From: Pyrinomonadaceae bacterium
GTDB taxonomy: Bacteria; Acidobacteriota; Blastocatellia; Pyrinomonadales; Pyrinomonadaceae
Reading direction: 5' to 3'
DNA length: 64,000 bases
Assembly: GCA_046313635.1 (NCBI GenBank)
Contig: JBKBYA010000001.1
Location: forward strand, 416,001-480,000
In this document: positions 9,930-23,343 of the stretch, piece after piece
Numbering within the stretch: the first letter of the stretch is position 1
Layout: each line of letters opens with the position of its first letter
The notes under the pieces: generated by a model
What the model saw: the letters and a program-made list of their open reading frames with translations, nothing else
What the model was told of the DNA's origin: nothing
Database searches by the model: none
Made by a program: the position numbers and the translations under genes

Positions 9930-10838
9930 CTACTTTTTGGAGTAGCTGCGATACAGGATGTCGATCCACGAATCGGTCTTGATAAAACCGGTTCCCCAGT
10001 CTTTGTACTTTTCGGGCAGGCCCGCCTTTTTGATCTCGTCTACCGACATCTTTTTCTTCATCGCGTCCTGAACGATAGTCGAGGTCTCGATCAGCATCTG
10101 GCGAAACGTCTTGAGATCGTCGACCGTCGCAAGCGGCCCGTGGCCGGGGATCAGCTTTGCGTCGCCGGGAATGTCGCTGATCAGCTGACCGATGTTATTG
10201 ATCAACCCCTGAACGCTGCCGCCGCTGTCGATATCGACGAAGGGAAACTTGCCGACAAAAAAGTCGTCGCCGAGATGGACGACCTTTGAATTCATAAAAA
10301 AGACGACCGTATCGCCGTCGGTGTGGCCGTTCGGATAATGTATGGCGCGGATCTCCTCGCCATTCAAATGGATCGTGATGCTCTGAGCATAGGTCACGAT
10401 CGGCAGGGCGATCGGCGCGTACGGCGGTGTCGTTCGGCCAAATATCGTCGGCGGAGCCATCAGCCGACGTCGTACGTTATCGTGAGCAATGATGACCGTG
10501 CCCGTCTTGCCGAACGACTCGTTGTTCTCGGTATGATCGCCGTGCCAATGCGTGTTAAGCAGGAAACGCGGACTATCATAACCGAGAGCCTTGAGGGCGT
10601 CCCTCAAGGCCGGGCCGACGACCTTATAATCGTCGTCGATGATCAGGAGGCCGTCCATGCCGACCAGGGCCCCGATATTGCCCCCGCGGCCCTGCAGCAT
10701 ATAAACGTTGCCGCTGATTTTTGTTGTCTTGACCATTACGTCCTGCTGCGGCCCGCCGTGGCCGTCCACGCCGCCGTGCGCCCAGGCCGCGCCCCAAAAA
10801 CACAGGACCGCGGATGCGATCGTCAATAGTCGTTTCAT
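9930..10838 (-). CDS. Exported MBL-fold metallo-hydrolase
   Basis: Signal peptide; THWHGDH, GHTDGD, PGHG. Confidence 0.9.
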   Translation of the reverse strand: MKRLLTIASAVLCFWGAAWAHGGVDGHGGPQQDVMVKTTKISGNVYMLQGRGGNIGALVGMDGLLIIDDDYKVVGPALRDALKALGYDSPRFLLNTHWHGDHTENNESFGKTGTVIIAHDNVRRRLMAPPTIFGRTTPPYAPIALPIVTYAQSITIHLNGEEIRAIHYPNGHTDGDTVVFFMNSKVVHLGDDFFVGKFPFVDIDSGGSVQGLINNIGQLISDIPGDAKLIPGHGPLATVDDLKTFRQMLIETSTIVQDAMKKKMSVDEIKKAGLPEKYKDWGTGFIKTDSWIDILYRSYSKK

Positions 10839-10932
10839 TTGTCGCTGACCTCTACGAATTGAATTTCAGAAACGGGAAGATAATAGCAAAGTTCAAATGC
10901 GGCCCGGCAGCAACCGGTAGGGCCGCTCGAGC

Positions 10933-11625
10933 CTAGAGGAACCGACCGCGGGCAGGCTGGTAAGCGCCGGTCAGAAATGGATTGGTCGCGCGCTCGCGGC
11001 CGACGGTGGTCTCGGGCCCGTGACCCGAATAAACGACAAAGTCGTCGCCGAGCGTGAGGATGTTGTTTTCGATCGACGCGACTAGCTGCTCGTAGCTGCC
11101 GCCGGGCAGGTCGGTACGGCCGATCGAGCCCGCAAACAAGCAGTCGCCGACGAAGACCTTTTTCTCGCTCTCCTCCGCCAGGACAACGTGCCCGGGCGTG
11201 TGACCGGGACAATGAAGCACCTTGAATCGCAGTTCTCCGAGCTCGTAGATCTCGCCGTGCTGCCAATGACGGGAGATCGTCGGCGGCTCGTCATAGTCCA
11301 TTCCGAGCGCCTTCAGCTGATGCGGCTGCAGGCCCATCATCAGAGGCTGGCGCGGCAGCGTTCGGTAGAGCGGCTCGTCCTCACGGTGGATCAGTATCTC
11401 GGCGGCCGGAAACGCCTCATATAACGCGAGCGTTCCGCCCACGTGATCGAGATGTCCGTGCGTAAGAGCGATCGCCTGCAGTTCGAGGCCGTTGTGTCGA
11501 ATGAAGTCGGTCAGCTCCGCCGAAGGCTCGGCCGGGTCGATGCAGATCGCCCGTCTCGTGCTCTCGCACGCGACGACGCGTGTGTTTTGCTGGAACGCGC
11601 TTAGTACGAACTGGCCGATGATCAT
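10933..11625 (-). CDS. MBL-fold hydrolase (glyoxalase II/YcbL-like)
   Basis: THGHLDH, PGHTPGH, GDCLFAGSIGRTDLPGG, GHG. Confidence 0.9.
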   Translation of the reverse strand: MIIGQFVLSAFQQNTRVVACESTRRAICIDPAEPSAELTDFIRHNGLELQAIALTHGHLDHVGGTLALYEAFPAAEILIHREDEPLYRTLPRQPLMMGLQPHQLKALGMDYDEPPTISRHWQHGEIYELGELRFKVLHCPGHTPGHVVLAEESEKKVFVGDCLFAGSIGRTDLPGGSYEQLVASIENNILTLGDDFVVYSGHGPETTVGRERATNPFLTGAYQPARGRFL

Positions 11626-11909
11626 GCTTTTATAAGCCTATCAATACAACTCTCGACGTCAAACGGTTCGGCCTTCCGATCGCGGAGGATGAAGAGGACG
11701 GCATCGCGATAAGCGGCCGCGTCCGGCCGGCCGGGAAAGCAGGGCGTCTCGTTGTCGTCCAAACTGAGATAGCTGACAAGGCAGCTGACCAGCATCCACA
11801 GGAGGATCTCGTCGCGCGAGCCGATCGGATTATGCCGGATGATCACCTCCCGATCCTCGTAAATGCCCTCGCACAAACGCCTGAATTCCGCCTCGGTTAT
11901 TCTGCTCAT
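11622..11909 (-). CDS. Hypothetical protein
   Basis: GGAGG RBS; stop overlaps the start of the downstream MBL gene. Confidence 0.75.
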   Translation of the reverse strand: MSRITEAEFRRLCEGIYEDREVIIRHNPIGSRDEILLWMLVSCLVSYLSLDDNETPCFPGRPDAAAYRDAVLFILRDRKAEPFDVESCIDRLIKA

Positions 11910-12057
11910 TCAACCTCCATTTAATCACAGACAGTTGCCGAGCGTGGTGTACGCAATTCAGGCGCGGGCGACACGATCGGAAAGGCCTTGTACGTAATGC
12001 GAACAGGTCACGCCGTGCAAACAACCGAAAAATGTCCTAATTCGAGCGGACTGAGCG

Positions 12058-12073
12058 TGGCACGGACATTGCA
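12058..12073 (+). promoter_or_regulatory. sigma54 (-24/-12) promoter
   Basis: TGGCACGGACATTGCA matches the consensus TGGCACG-N4-TTGCW exactly. Confidence 0.7.
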
Positions 12074-12083
12074 AAAATAGCCG

Positions 12084-12496
12084 CGAACACGGAAGGATCA
12101 AGTACGACGCAGGGGCAGCGTTAAATACTACGGAACGAGCACGGGTGGGTTCGGCTGCCGCCGCAAAGGCGGCAGCCATTTATCAAACAGGTTTCGAGCA
12201 AGGGTACCGGGCAGGTACGAGAAAGGTTTCGGGAATCGGCGGCCGCCCAAGCGGCTGCTGAGTTTGGAAAAGAGATCAGCCTACTGGGAGAATCTTCGGA
12301 TGTGGGCTCGAAGAATTAAGCTGATCTCTTTTCCATTTTTTTCAGTATCGATCTTTGAAAATCACGGTTTGCAAAGTCTTGCATCTCAACTATAGGGTGA
12401 ACAATCTACTACTTATCTCACATCTCCAAATTGCTTTCGGATCGTGATTTTCTAAGAAACAGCCGGCATTCTCGCCAGAGAATGCCGGTTTTTTTT
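12084..12496 (+). ncRNA. Candidate structured ncRNA of unknown family
   Basis: Follows the sigma54 site; stems at about 12153-12178, 12265-12335 and 12357-12452, then a terminator; no + strand ORF of 60 aa or more. Confidence 0.5.
12462..12496 (+). terminator. Rho-independent terminator
   Basis: GCCGGCATTCTC-gcca-GAGAATGCCGGT followed by a T run. Confidence 0.85.
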
Positions 12497-12511
12497 GCGC
12501 CCGGTCACAAC

Positions 12512-12961
12512 TTAGAGTTCTTCTTCGTACATTAGGTAATGCGAGCGCCGCATCCCGACGGCGTCGTAGACGGCCTGTGCCCGCTTATTCTCGGTCTCGA
12601 CGTAAAGCCGAAACCCTTTTACCTCGCCCCGCTCGACGGCCAGCTCTTTTATGAACTCGTACATCCGGCGATACAGCCGTTGCCCGCGAACTTCCGGACG
12701 AATGTACACACTTTGTATCCACCAAAACCAACCGTTACGCCAGTCGCTCCACTCGAACGTGATCAAAAGTCCGCCGACGATCTCGCCCGCGGCCGATTCG
12801 GCGACGATATAAAAGCCTTTTCCGGGATCGGTCAGGACGGCGGCCACGCCGCGGGCGAGAGTCTCGTTGTCGAGCCGTTTTCCCTCGGTCTCGAACGCCA
12901 TAGCCTGATTGAATTCGACGAGTGCGGCCGCATCGCTCTGCCGCGCGGGACGGATCTGCAT
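12512..12961 (-). CDS. GNAT family N-acetyltransferase
   Basis: WIQSVYIRPEVRGQRLY acetyl-CoA motif; NKRAQAVYDAVG. Confidence 0.9.
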   Translation of the reverse strand: MQIRPARQSDAAALVEFNQAMAFETEGKRLDNETLARGVAAVLTDPGKGFYIVAESAAGEIVGGLLITFEWSDWRNGWFWWIQSVYIRPEVRGQRLYRRMYEFIKELAVERGEVKGFRLYVETENKRAQAVYDAVGMRRSHYLMYEEEL

Positions 12962-13032
12962 TTCGATAACCTTGACGGGTCTGCCGCGGCCAACTAACCT
13001 TAAATGTTTTGCCGCGCGGCAGATACCTTTCT

Positions 13033-13992
13033 ATGAAGTTACGGATACTTTATCACGGCAATTGTTTCGACGGCGTCTCGTCGGCGGCCATCTTTACAAA
13101 GTTCTACAAGGCAAAGGTCCACGCGGACGCCGAGGTGGCTTACACGCCGACGATGCATCGAGCCGGCAACGCATTTGACCGCGAACAGTTTGACGGCGAC
13201 GAGAATGCGATCGTCGATTTTAAGTACTGTCCGGACGAGCGCCTCACGTGGTGGTTCGATCACCACCAGTCGGCTTTCTTGTCAAAAGAGGACGAGGCCC
13301 ACTTTCTCGCCGACCGGTCGGGCAAGAAGTTTCTCGACGCCAGCAGCGCGTCATGTGCCGAGTTCATCGCGAGGATCGCGCGGGAGAAGTTCGGATTCGA
13401 TGACCGGTCGCTTTCCGAATTGATCGAATGGGCGCACATCATCGACGGCGCGTTTTACGAGTCGCCCGCGCAGTGCGTCGAGCTGAGGTCGTCGGCCTTG
13501 AAGCTGATGCAGGTCATCGAGGGCGAAAAAGACCCGTCTTTTGTCGAGCACATCATCCGTTCGCTCGCCGAGAAAACTCTCGACGATGTCGTCGCGAGTC
13601 CCGAGATCCAGGCCAAACTTGAGCCGATACTCGAGCAGCACTGGAAGACGGTCGAGATGATCCGCGAGCGGTCGAGGTACGAGCGCGGCGTGGTGACATT
13701 CGATCTCACAGACACCGATATCGACAGCTACAACAAGTTTATCCCGTACTACTTTTTCCCCGAGACCACATATAACGTCTCGCTCTCGCAGAGCTCGTTC
13801 CGCACAAAGATCTCGGTCGGATCGAATCCGTGGGCGCCGCGGCCGCGGCGTCACAACATCGCCGAGCTATGCGAGCGCTACGGCGGCGGCGGCCACGCCG
13901 TTGTTGGGGCCGTGTCGCTCAAGCCCGAGGAACTTGAGCTCGGACGGCAGTATATGAAGGAGATCGTCGAGGAACTGCGGTTCGACGATTGA
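13033..13992 (+). CDS. DHH/DHHA1 family phosphoesterase
   Basis: HGNCFDG, FDHHQ, GGGH; start ATG 13033. Confidence 0.85.
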   Translation: MKLRILYHGNCFDGVSSAAIFTKFYKAKVHADAEVAYTPTMHRAGNAFDREQFDGDENAIVDFKYCPDERLTWWFDHHQSAFLSKEDEAHFLADRSGKKFLDASSASCAEFIARIAREKFGFDDRSLSELIEWAHIIDGAFYESPAQCVELRSSALKLMQVIEGEKDPSFVEHIIRSLAEKTLDDVVASPEIQAKLEPILEQHWKTVEMIRERSRYERGVVTFDLTDTDIDSYNKFIPYYFFPETTYNVSLSQSSFRTKISVGSNPWAPRPRRHNIAELCERYGGGGHAVVGAVSLKPEELELGRQYMKEIVEELRFDD

Positions 13993-13999
13993 GTCCGCG

Positions 14000-14159
14000 G
14001 CCCGCACGTCAGTAAGGGCTCAAGCATAGCCGTACTCAACTGAGTTGAAGTAAGACCACACCGAGCCCCAAGCTTAGGCCGCAGACCGTTCTGTCTCGAT
14101 TGGGCGGCGGTTATGTTGTCTCAGATCTACCGTTGAGCCCTTACTTACGTGCGGGCTAC
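14000..14159. repeat. REP-doublet (REPIN-like) inverted repeat
   Basis: GCCCGCACGTCAGTAAGGGCTCAA (14000-14023) and its near-perfect reverse complement (14133-14156); the right copy reads GTAG-CCC...GGG on the minus strand. Confidence 0.7.
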
Positions 14160-14187
14160 AGACACCGGGCTACTGACCCTCTGGCGT

Positions 14188-14739
14188 CTACGACTTTTTG
14201 GTAAAGACCATCGTCGACGCGCTCGTGCCTCGCGGCGAAGACATCTCGCGCTCTATCGTCAGCGTCTTGCCGTCGTCTGAGATCGACCACGTCTCCTTGT
14301 TTGAGATCGTCATCTCGCCCATCGGACCGATGAAGGTGCTCGTTCGCGAGAGATGAAGTTTGTCGCCCTCGGCCTTTGCGGTGAGCTTTACGGGCATCGA
14401 GCCCATCGGGCCCTCCTGTTGGATCGTCGTCTCTTTTCCGTCGAGCGTGTAAGTGGTCGTGCCGTCGCCGCCGGATCCGCCGCGTCCCATCCCGCGTCCC
14501 ATACCGCCCTGCGGAGCGTCGGCCGGAGGCGGCAGACGCTTGGTAGCGGTCTCGATCCTTATCTCGCCGGCGGTCTGCGCGACCGTGAGCGTCATCGACT
14601 CGATCCGCGCCCGCTCATCGAGCTTGGACTTGCCGACGTCGAGCGTCCACGTTCCGCTGAAGTCCCTGGCCTTGCCCTGCGCAAAGGCCGATATCGACAG
14701 CAGGCAAAACACCGCCGTCAGAAAGAAAAGCTTCTTCAT
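14188..14739 (-). CDS. Exported beta-barrel (lipocalin-like) hypothetical protein
   Basis: MKKLFF signal peptide; DFSGTWTLD; GGAG RBS. Confidence 0.8.
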   Translation of the reverse strand: MKKLFFLTAVFCLLSISAFAQGKARDFSGTWTLDVGKSKLDERARIESMTLTVAQTAGEIRIETATKRLPPPADAPQGGMGRGMGRGGSGGDGTTTYTLDGKETTIQQEGPMGSMPVKLTAKAEGDKLHLSRTSTFIGPMGEMTISNKETWSISDDGKTLTIEREMSSPRGTSASTMVFTKKS

Positions 14740-14838
14740 CTTTTTTGCTCCTTGAATAAAAGAAAATTCCCGCACGCGTATGACGCACGGGAATGCTGAT
14801 AAGTTCTCGGCCCTCTGTAAAGTTTTGTAAACCGATCG

Positions 14839-16653
14839 CTACGCTGCTGCAGCTTCCTCGCGGACGTGCAGCTTGCTGTTCCAGTACCCGTACACGAAAT
14901 AGAGCACCAGTCCGACCAGCAGCCAGATGCCGAACCGGATCCAGTTGACGATGCCCAGCTCGGTCATCAGATACGTGCAGCACATCACGCCGAGCACGGG
15001 GATGAGCGACAGTCGCTTCACAAAGCTGAGTACGGTCATCGCGACCGCGAACAGGGCAAAGACGATGTACGGGATCTTGTGGCTGAAAGTCCAAAACGGC
15101 GTCTCGCCCTCGGTGGTCGGCGTCATATCGGTAAAGAAATTTCGCACCGCCTCGCCGTTCAGATAAAGCAGTCCGCCGACGATCAGCAAAAACATCGCCG
15201 GCACGATGTAACGCCCGCTGATGTACGGTACGAAGCGCTTCTGACCGGCAAATTCCTTGTCCTTGACCAGCACGCCCGCGCAGACGATCGTGAAGGCGAA
15301 GAGCGTCCCGATCACCGACAGATCGGTCACCTCCGAGAGGTTCATAAATAGCGCCGGCACTGCGACCATTACGCCGGTCAGCAGCGTCGAGAACCACGGC
15401 GTGCGGAATCGCGGATGGATCGACGAAAAGATCTTCGGCAGCAGACCGTCGCGGCTCATCGCCATCCACAGACGCGGCTGACCGAGCTGGAAGACGAGCA
15501 GAACCGTCGCGATCGCGACGATCGCGCTCACGGCGATGATGCCGGCGACCCACGGAATGTTGACGCCTTCGGGCCCGAAGACGAACGCAAGCGGGTCGCC
15601 GACCGCGAGCTTGGTGTACGGCACCATTCCGGTCAGTACGAGCGCGAGCGCGACGTAGAGTACGGTGCAGATCAGGAGCGAATAGATCATTCCCCGGGGC
15701 AGAGTCTTGTACGGGTCTTTGCATTCCTCGGCCGTCGTCGAGAGAGCGTCGAAACCGATGTACGCAAAGAAGACCGCCGACACGCCGGTCATCACGCCGC
15801 CGAAGCCGTTCGGCATGAACGGGCTCCAGTTCTCGGTCTTCACGTAAAAAGCGCCGAGGATGATCACGAGCAGGATGATCGCGAGCTTGAGGGCGACCAT
15901 GATGTTGGACGCGATCTTTGATTCGCGGATGCCGACGTAGACGAGAGCCGTGATGAGAAAGACGATCCCAAGCGCCGGCAGGTCGGCGACGATCGGGATG
16001 CCGCCGATGTGCGGAGCGGTGGTCCAGGCCGTGTAGGCCTCGAGCTGACCGCAGTTGATCACGGCGTCCGCGGCCTCGCACCCGGCGCGTAGCGCCTCGA
16101 CGGTCGAGCCGTCAGCGACGGCCTTTTGCACGGCATCGTAGCCGAGATGCGCCGTGCGAAAGTCCATCGTGTAGTTGACCGGGATGTGAATGCCGTTGGT
16201 GGAGAGCAGACTCGTAAAGTAATCGCTCCACGAGATCGCGACCGCGATGTTGCCGATGGCGTATTCGACGAGCAGGTCCCAACCGATGATCCACGCGAGC
16301 AGCTCGCCGAAGCTGGCGTACGCGTACGTGTAGGCCGAGCCTGCGATCGGGATCTTTGACGCAAATTCCGCATAGCACAGAGCCGAGAATCCGCACGCCA
16401 CCGCCGCAAAGATAAAGAGCAGTATCACCGCCGGGCCGCCGCGATTCGCCGCGTTGCCGACCATCGCAAAAATTCCGGCGCCGATGATCGCGGCGATGCC
16501 GAGCATCGTGAGGTCAAACGTGCCGAGCGAGCGCCTGAGGCCGACGTGCTCCTCGCCCGGTTGGCCAGGCACGAGCTCGGCGTCGGCAAATCCGGCGGCC
16601 GCATCGGCCTGTATCTGCGCGATCGATTTTTTGCGAAAGAGTGATCTGCTCAT
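14839..16653 (-). CDS. APC family amino acid permease
   Basis: GIAAIIGAGIF, CYAEFAS..P.AGSAYTY, FFAYIGFD, AMSRDGLLP; start ATG 16653. Confidence 0.93.
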   Translation of the reverse strand: MSRSLFRKKSIAQIQADAAAGFADAELVPGQPGEEHVGLRRSLGTFDLTMLGIAAIIGAGIFAMVGNAANRGGPAVILLFIFAAVACGFSALCYAEFASKIPIAGSAYTYAYASFGELLAWIIGWDLLVEYAIGNIAVAISWSDYFTSLLSTNGIHIPVNYTMDFRTAHLGYDAVQKAVADGSTVEALRAGCEAADAVINCGQLEAYTAWTTAPHIGGIPIVADLPALGIVFLITALVYVGIRESKIASNIMVALKLAIILLVIILGAFYVKTENWSPFMPNGFGGVMTGVSAVFFAYIGFDALSTTAEECKDPYKTLPRGMIYSLLICTVLYVALALVLTGMVPYTKLAVGDPLAFVFGPEGVNIPWVAGIIAVSAIVAIATVLLVFQLGQPRLWMAMSRDGLLPKIFSSIHPRFRTPWFSTLLTGVMVAVPALFMNLSEVTDLSVIGTLFAFTIVCAGVLVKDKEFAGQKRFVPYISGRYIVPAMFLLIVGGLLYLNGEAVRNFFTDMTPTTEGETPFWTFSHKIPYIVFALFAVAMTVLSFVKRLSLIPVLGVMCCTYLMTELGIVNWIRFGIWLLVGLVLYFVYGYWNSKLHVREEAAAA

Positions 16654-16883
16654 AGTCTCAACTTCCGGAAAGGTTCCGGTCAAAATATCGTTTACGACAA
16701 AGGGGAATTCGAAGGATCGTGGCCGCCGTCGGCGACTAGCGAATTTTGAATGAAAAATCTCGAAGATGCAATGGAACGCCCTCTCGATTGGACGTTTACT
16801 ACCGGCGAAATCAAAAAACCGAACGCCGGAATCGTGCCGCACGCTGTCTCTCTCTCCGCGGCCGCCGTACGCGAAAGCGTGTT

Positions 16884-17237
16884 ATGAGAACAGAACCTGT
16901 CCATAAGGACCTGAGCACCTCGTACGTTAACCTAGGCTCGCTCATCCTGCACCTGCAGCAGCAGAGGTTTGTCGGCAGAGTCAAGGTCGAGTTGACGAGC
17001 TATGAGTCCGAGATCGTCTTTGCCGCCGACCGGATGGTTTACGTCCGCGACTGCGACCTGACGACCGGTCTGACGACCGTCGGTGAGAATGCATTTCGCC
17101 AGACACTCAAGCGCTCGCGCGAGCCCGCGGGTCTGATCAGCGTTTTTCAGGCCGATGCGCAGCGGCAAAAAAAGGCGCCGTTCGTCGCGCCTGAGATAAT
17201 GGACTGGGCTAAGAGAAGGTCGCAGCTTCAGAACTGA
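16884..17237 (+). CDS. Hypothetical protein
   Basis: Protein-like composition from ATG 16884 (MRTEPVHKDLSTSYVNL). Confidence 0.6.
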   Translation: MRTEPVHKDLSTSYVNLGSLILHLQQQRFVGRVKVELTSYESEIVFAADRMVYVRDCDLTTGLTTVGENAFRQTLKRSREPAGLISVFQADAQRQKKAPFVAPEIMDWAKRRSQLQN

Positions 17238-17264
17238 CGCCGCGACCTTGATCGCTCGCAAGTT

Positions 17265-17810
17265 CTACCGCTTGAGCCGGTCGACGAACTTCTGCCGAAA
17301 CTTTGCCACCTTCGGCGCGACGACCGCCGCGCAGTACGGCTGGTTGGGATTATTGGCAAAGTACTCCTGGTGATAATCCTCGGCCGGCCAGAACCTCTCG
17401 AACGGCGTTACCTCGGTCACGATCGGGTCGTCGTAAACTCCCTCGTTCGTAACTTCGTTTATCACCTCTTCGGCTATCTGCTTTTGCTCGTCCGAGTGAT
17501 AAAAGATCGCCGACCGGTACTGCGTGCCGATGTCGTTGCCCTGTCTATTTAGCTGGGTCGGGTCGTGCGTCGCAAAAAAGACACGCAGTATGTCTCGGAA
17601 CGAGATCACGTTCGGGTCAAACTTGATCTGAACGACCTCGGCGTGACCGGTCGTGCCGTCGCAGACCTGGCGATAGGTCGGATTCTCGGCATGGCCGCCC
17701 GAGTAGCCGGAGACGACGTCTTCGACGCCCTTCAGATCGTCATACACCGCTTCGACGCACCAAAAGCAGCCGCCCGCAAGCGTCGCCGTTTCGAGACCGT
17801 TGTTTTCCAT
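17265..17810 (-). CDS. msrA: Peptide-methionine (S)-S-oxide reductase
   Basis: GGCFWC, GHAEVV, RQGNDIGTQYRS, AEDYHQEY. Confidence 0.97.
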   Translation of the reverse strand: MENNGLETATLAGGCFWCVEAVYDDLKGVEDVVSGYSGGHAENPTYRQVCDGTTGHAEVVQIKFDPNVISFRDILRVFFATHDPTQLNRQGNDIGTQYRSAIFYHSDEQKQIAEEVINEVTNEGVYDDPIVTEVTPFERFWPAEDYHQEYFANNPNQPYCAAVVAPKVAKFRQKFVDRLKR

Positions 17811-17912
17811 AAAGCTTAATTTCCCCGGATGATCGTTGTGTCTCCATTCTATTCGACCGAGATCGCATTCTCCAGAGTGGCGGTGTCATGGAGACTGTTC
17901 AGCATCGAAGTC

Positions 17913-17979
17913 CTTTGCGATCTTTGCGGACCTTGCGTGAAACCAGGTATTTCACGCAACGCTCGCAGAGACCGCAAAG
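17913..17979. repeat. Gene-less 9-nt periodic inverted repeat related to the GxxExxY flanks
   Basis: 30-bp arms (25/30 complementary) of unit CGCARAGNN, joined as GAAA-N7-TTTC. Confidence 0.75.
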
Positions 17980-18047
17980 AAAAGCAGGGCCCGAAAAAGA
18001 AAACGCTCTTGGTAGGTCGGCGTTCGGCTGATTATCATCGGGGCAGG

Positions 18048-19062
<1,015 letters not shown>

Positions 19063-19156
19063 GAACGCAGGGGGCCGGCATGCAACTCGGCAAAGCTGAC
19101 GGTGATCGACAAGACGGCCGGTAGATGACGCTTTTCCCTTGCGTCCGACTTGCTCG

Positions 19157-21109
<1,953 letters not shown>

Positions 21110-21248
21110 AGACGACAAGTATAAATTACGTCGAACGTCTGTCTAAAACGCATCACCGCCGCTTATCGCCCCGCACTTTGGAATGCCCGCCGCGACTGTG
21201 TAAAATCGGCACTGCGCCCGAGCCTCACAGCAAGTTAGCCCGACACAG

Positions 21249-22763
<1,515 letters not shown>

Positions 22764-22807
22764 GATCCTTGGTTGGCGCGCAAGCGAACGCGATGCCCAT
22801 CGCTGTA

Positions 22808-23301
22808 TTCAACGCGGAGACCGCAGAAGTTTTCGCCGAGTAACGCGGAGGGTCGGATGCTAATTGACGGAGCCGGATTGAACGAGATCAGTGGTGCTAC
22901 TATCGGGGCCGCCATTGAAGTTCACAGAAGTTTGGGCCCGGGGCTGTTAGAGAGTGCTTATCGCGAGTGCCTTTCTCGCGAATTGCTATTGCGAGGGATC
23001 CCGTTTGAGCGCGAACGTACTCTGCCGGTCGAGTACAAAGGAGTACGTCTGGAGGCCGGATATCGCCTCGACTTCTTGATCGCAAATTCCGTCGTTGTCG
23101 AGATCAAATCGATCGATGCTCTTGCGCCGATCCATGAAGCACAGCTGATCACCTACCTTCGCCTGGGCGGATGGCGGTTGGGGTTATTGATCAACTTCAA
23201 TGTCGTTTCTCTCAGACAGGGAATTCACCGTCGCGTCTTGGGCTTTGAAGGGTAGTAGATCAGCGGTCCTCTGCGAAATTCTCTGTGTTCTCTGCGTTGA
23301 A
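22808..23301. mobile_element. Putative GxxExxY cassette bounded by 41-bp imperfect inverted repeats
   Basis: Arms at 22808-22848 and 23261-23301 are 31/41 complementary; the unit interrupts xylG-xylH. Confidence 0.6.
22857..23255 (+). CDS. GxxExxY protein (PD-(D/E)XK nuclease fold)
   Basis: [12 protein letters not shown]...VEIK, EAQLITY, GLLINF; GGAGG RBS before ATG 22857. Confidence 0.93.
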   Translation: MLIDGAGLNEISGATIGAAIEVHRSLGPGLLESAYRECLSRELLLRGIPFERERTLPVEYKGVRLEAGYRLDFLIANSVVVEIKSIDALAPIHEAQLITYLRLGGWRLGLLINFNVVSLRQGIHRRVLGFEG

Positions 23302-23343
23302 ATTACTTTTTTGTGTTCTAAGGACCGCCGGAAGATCGACAGC

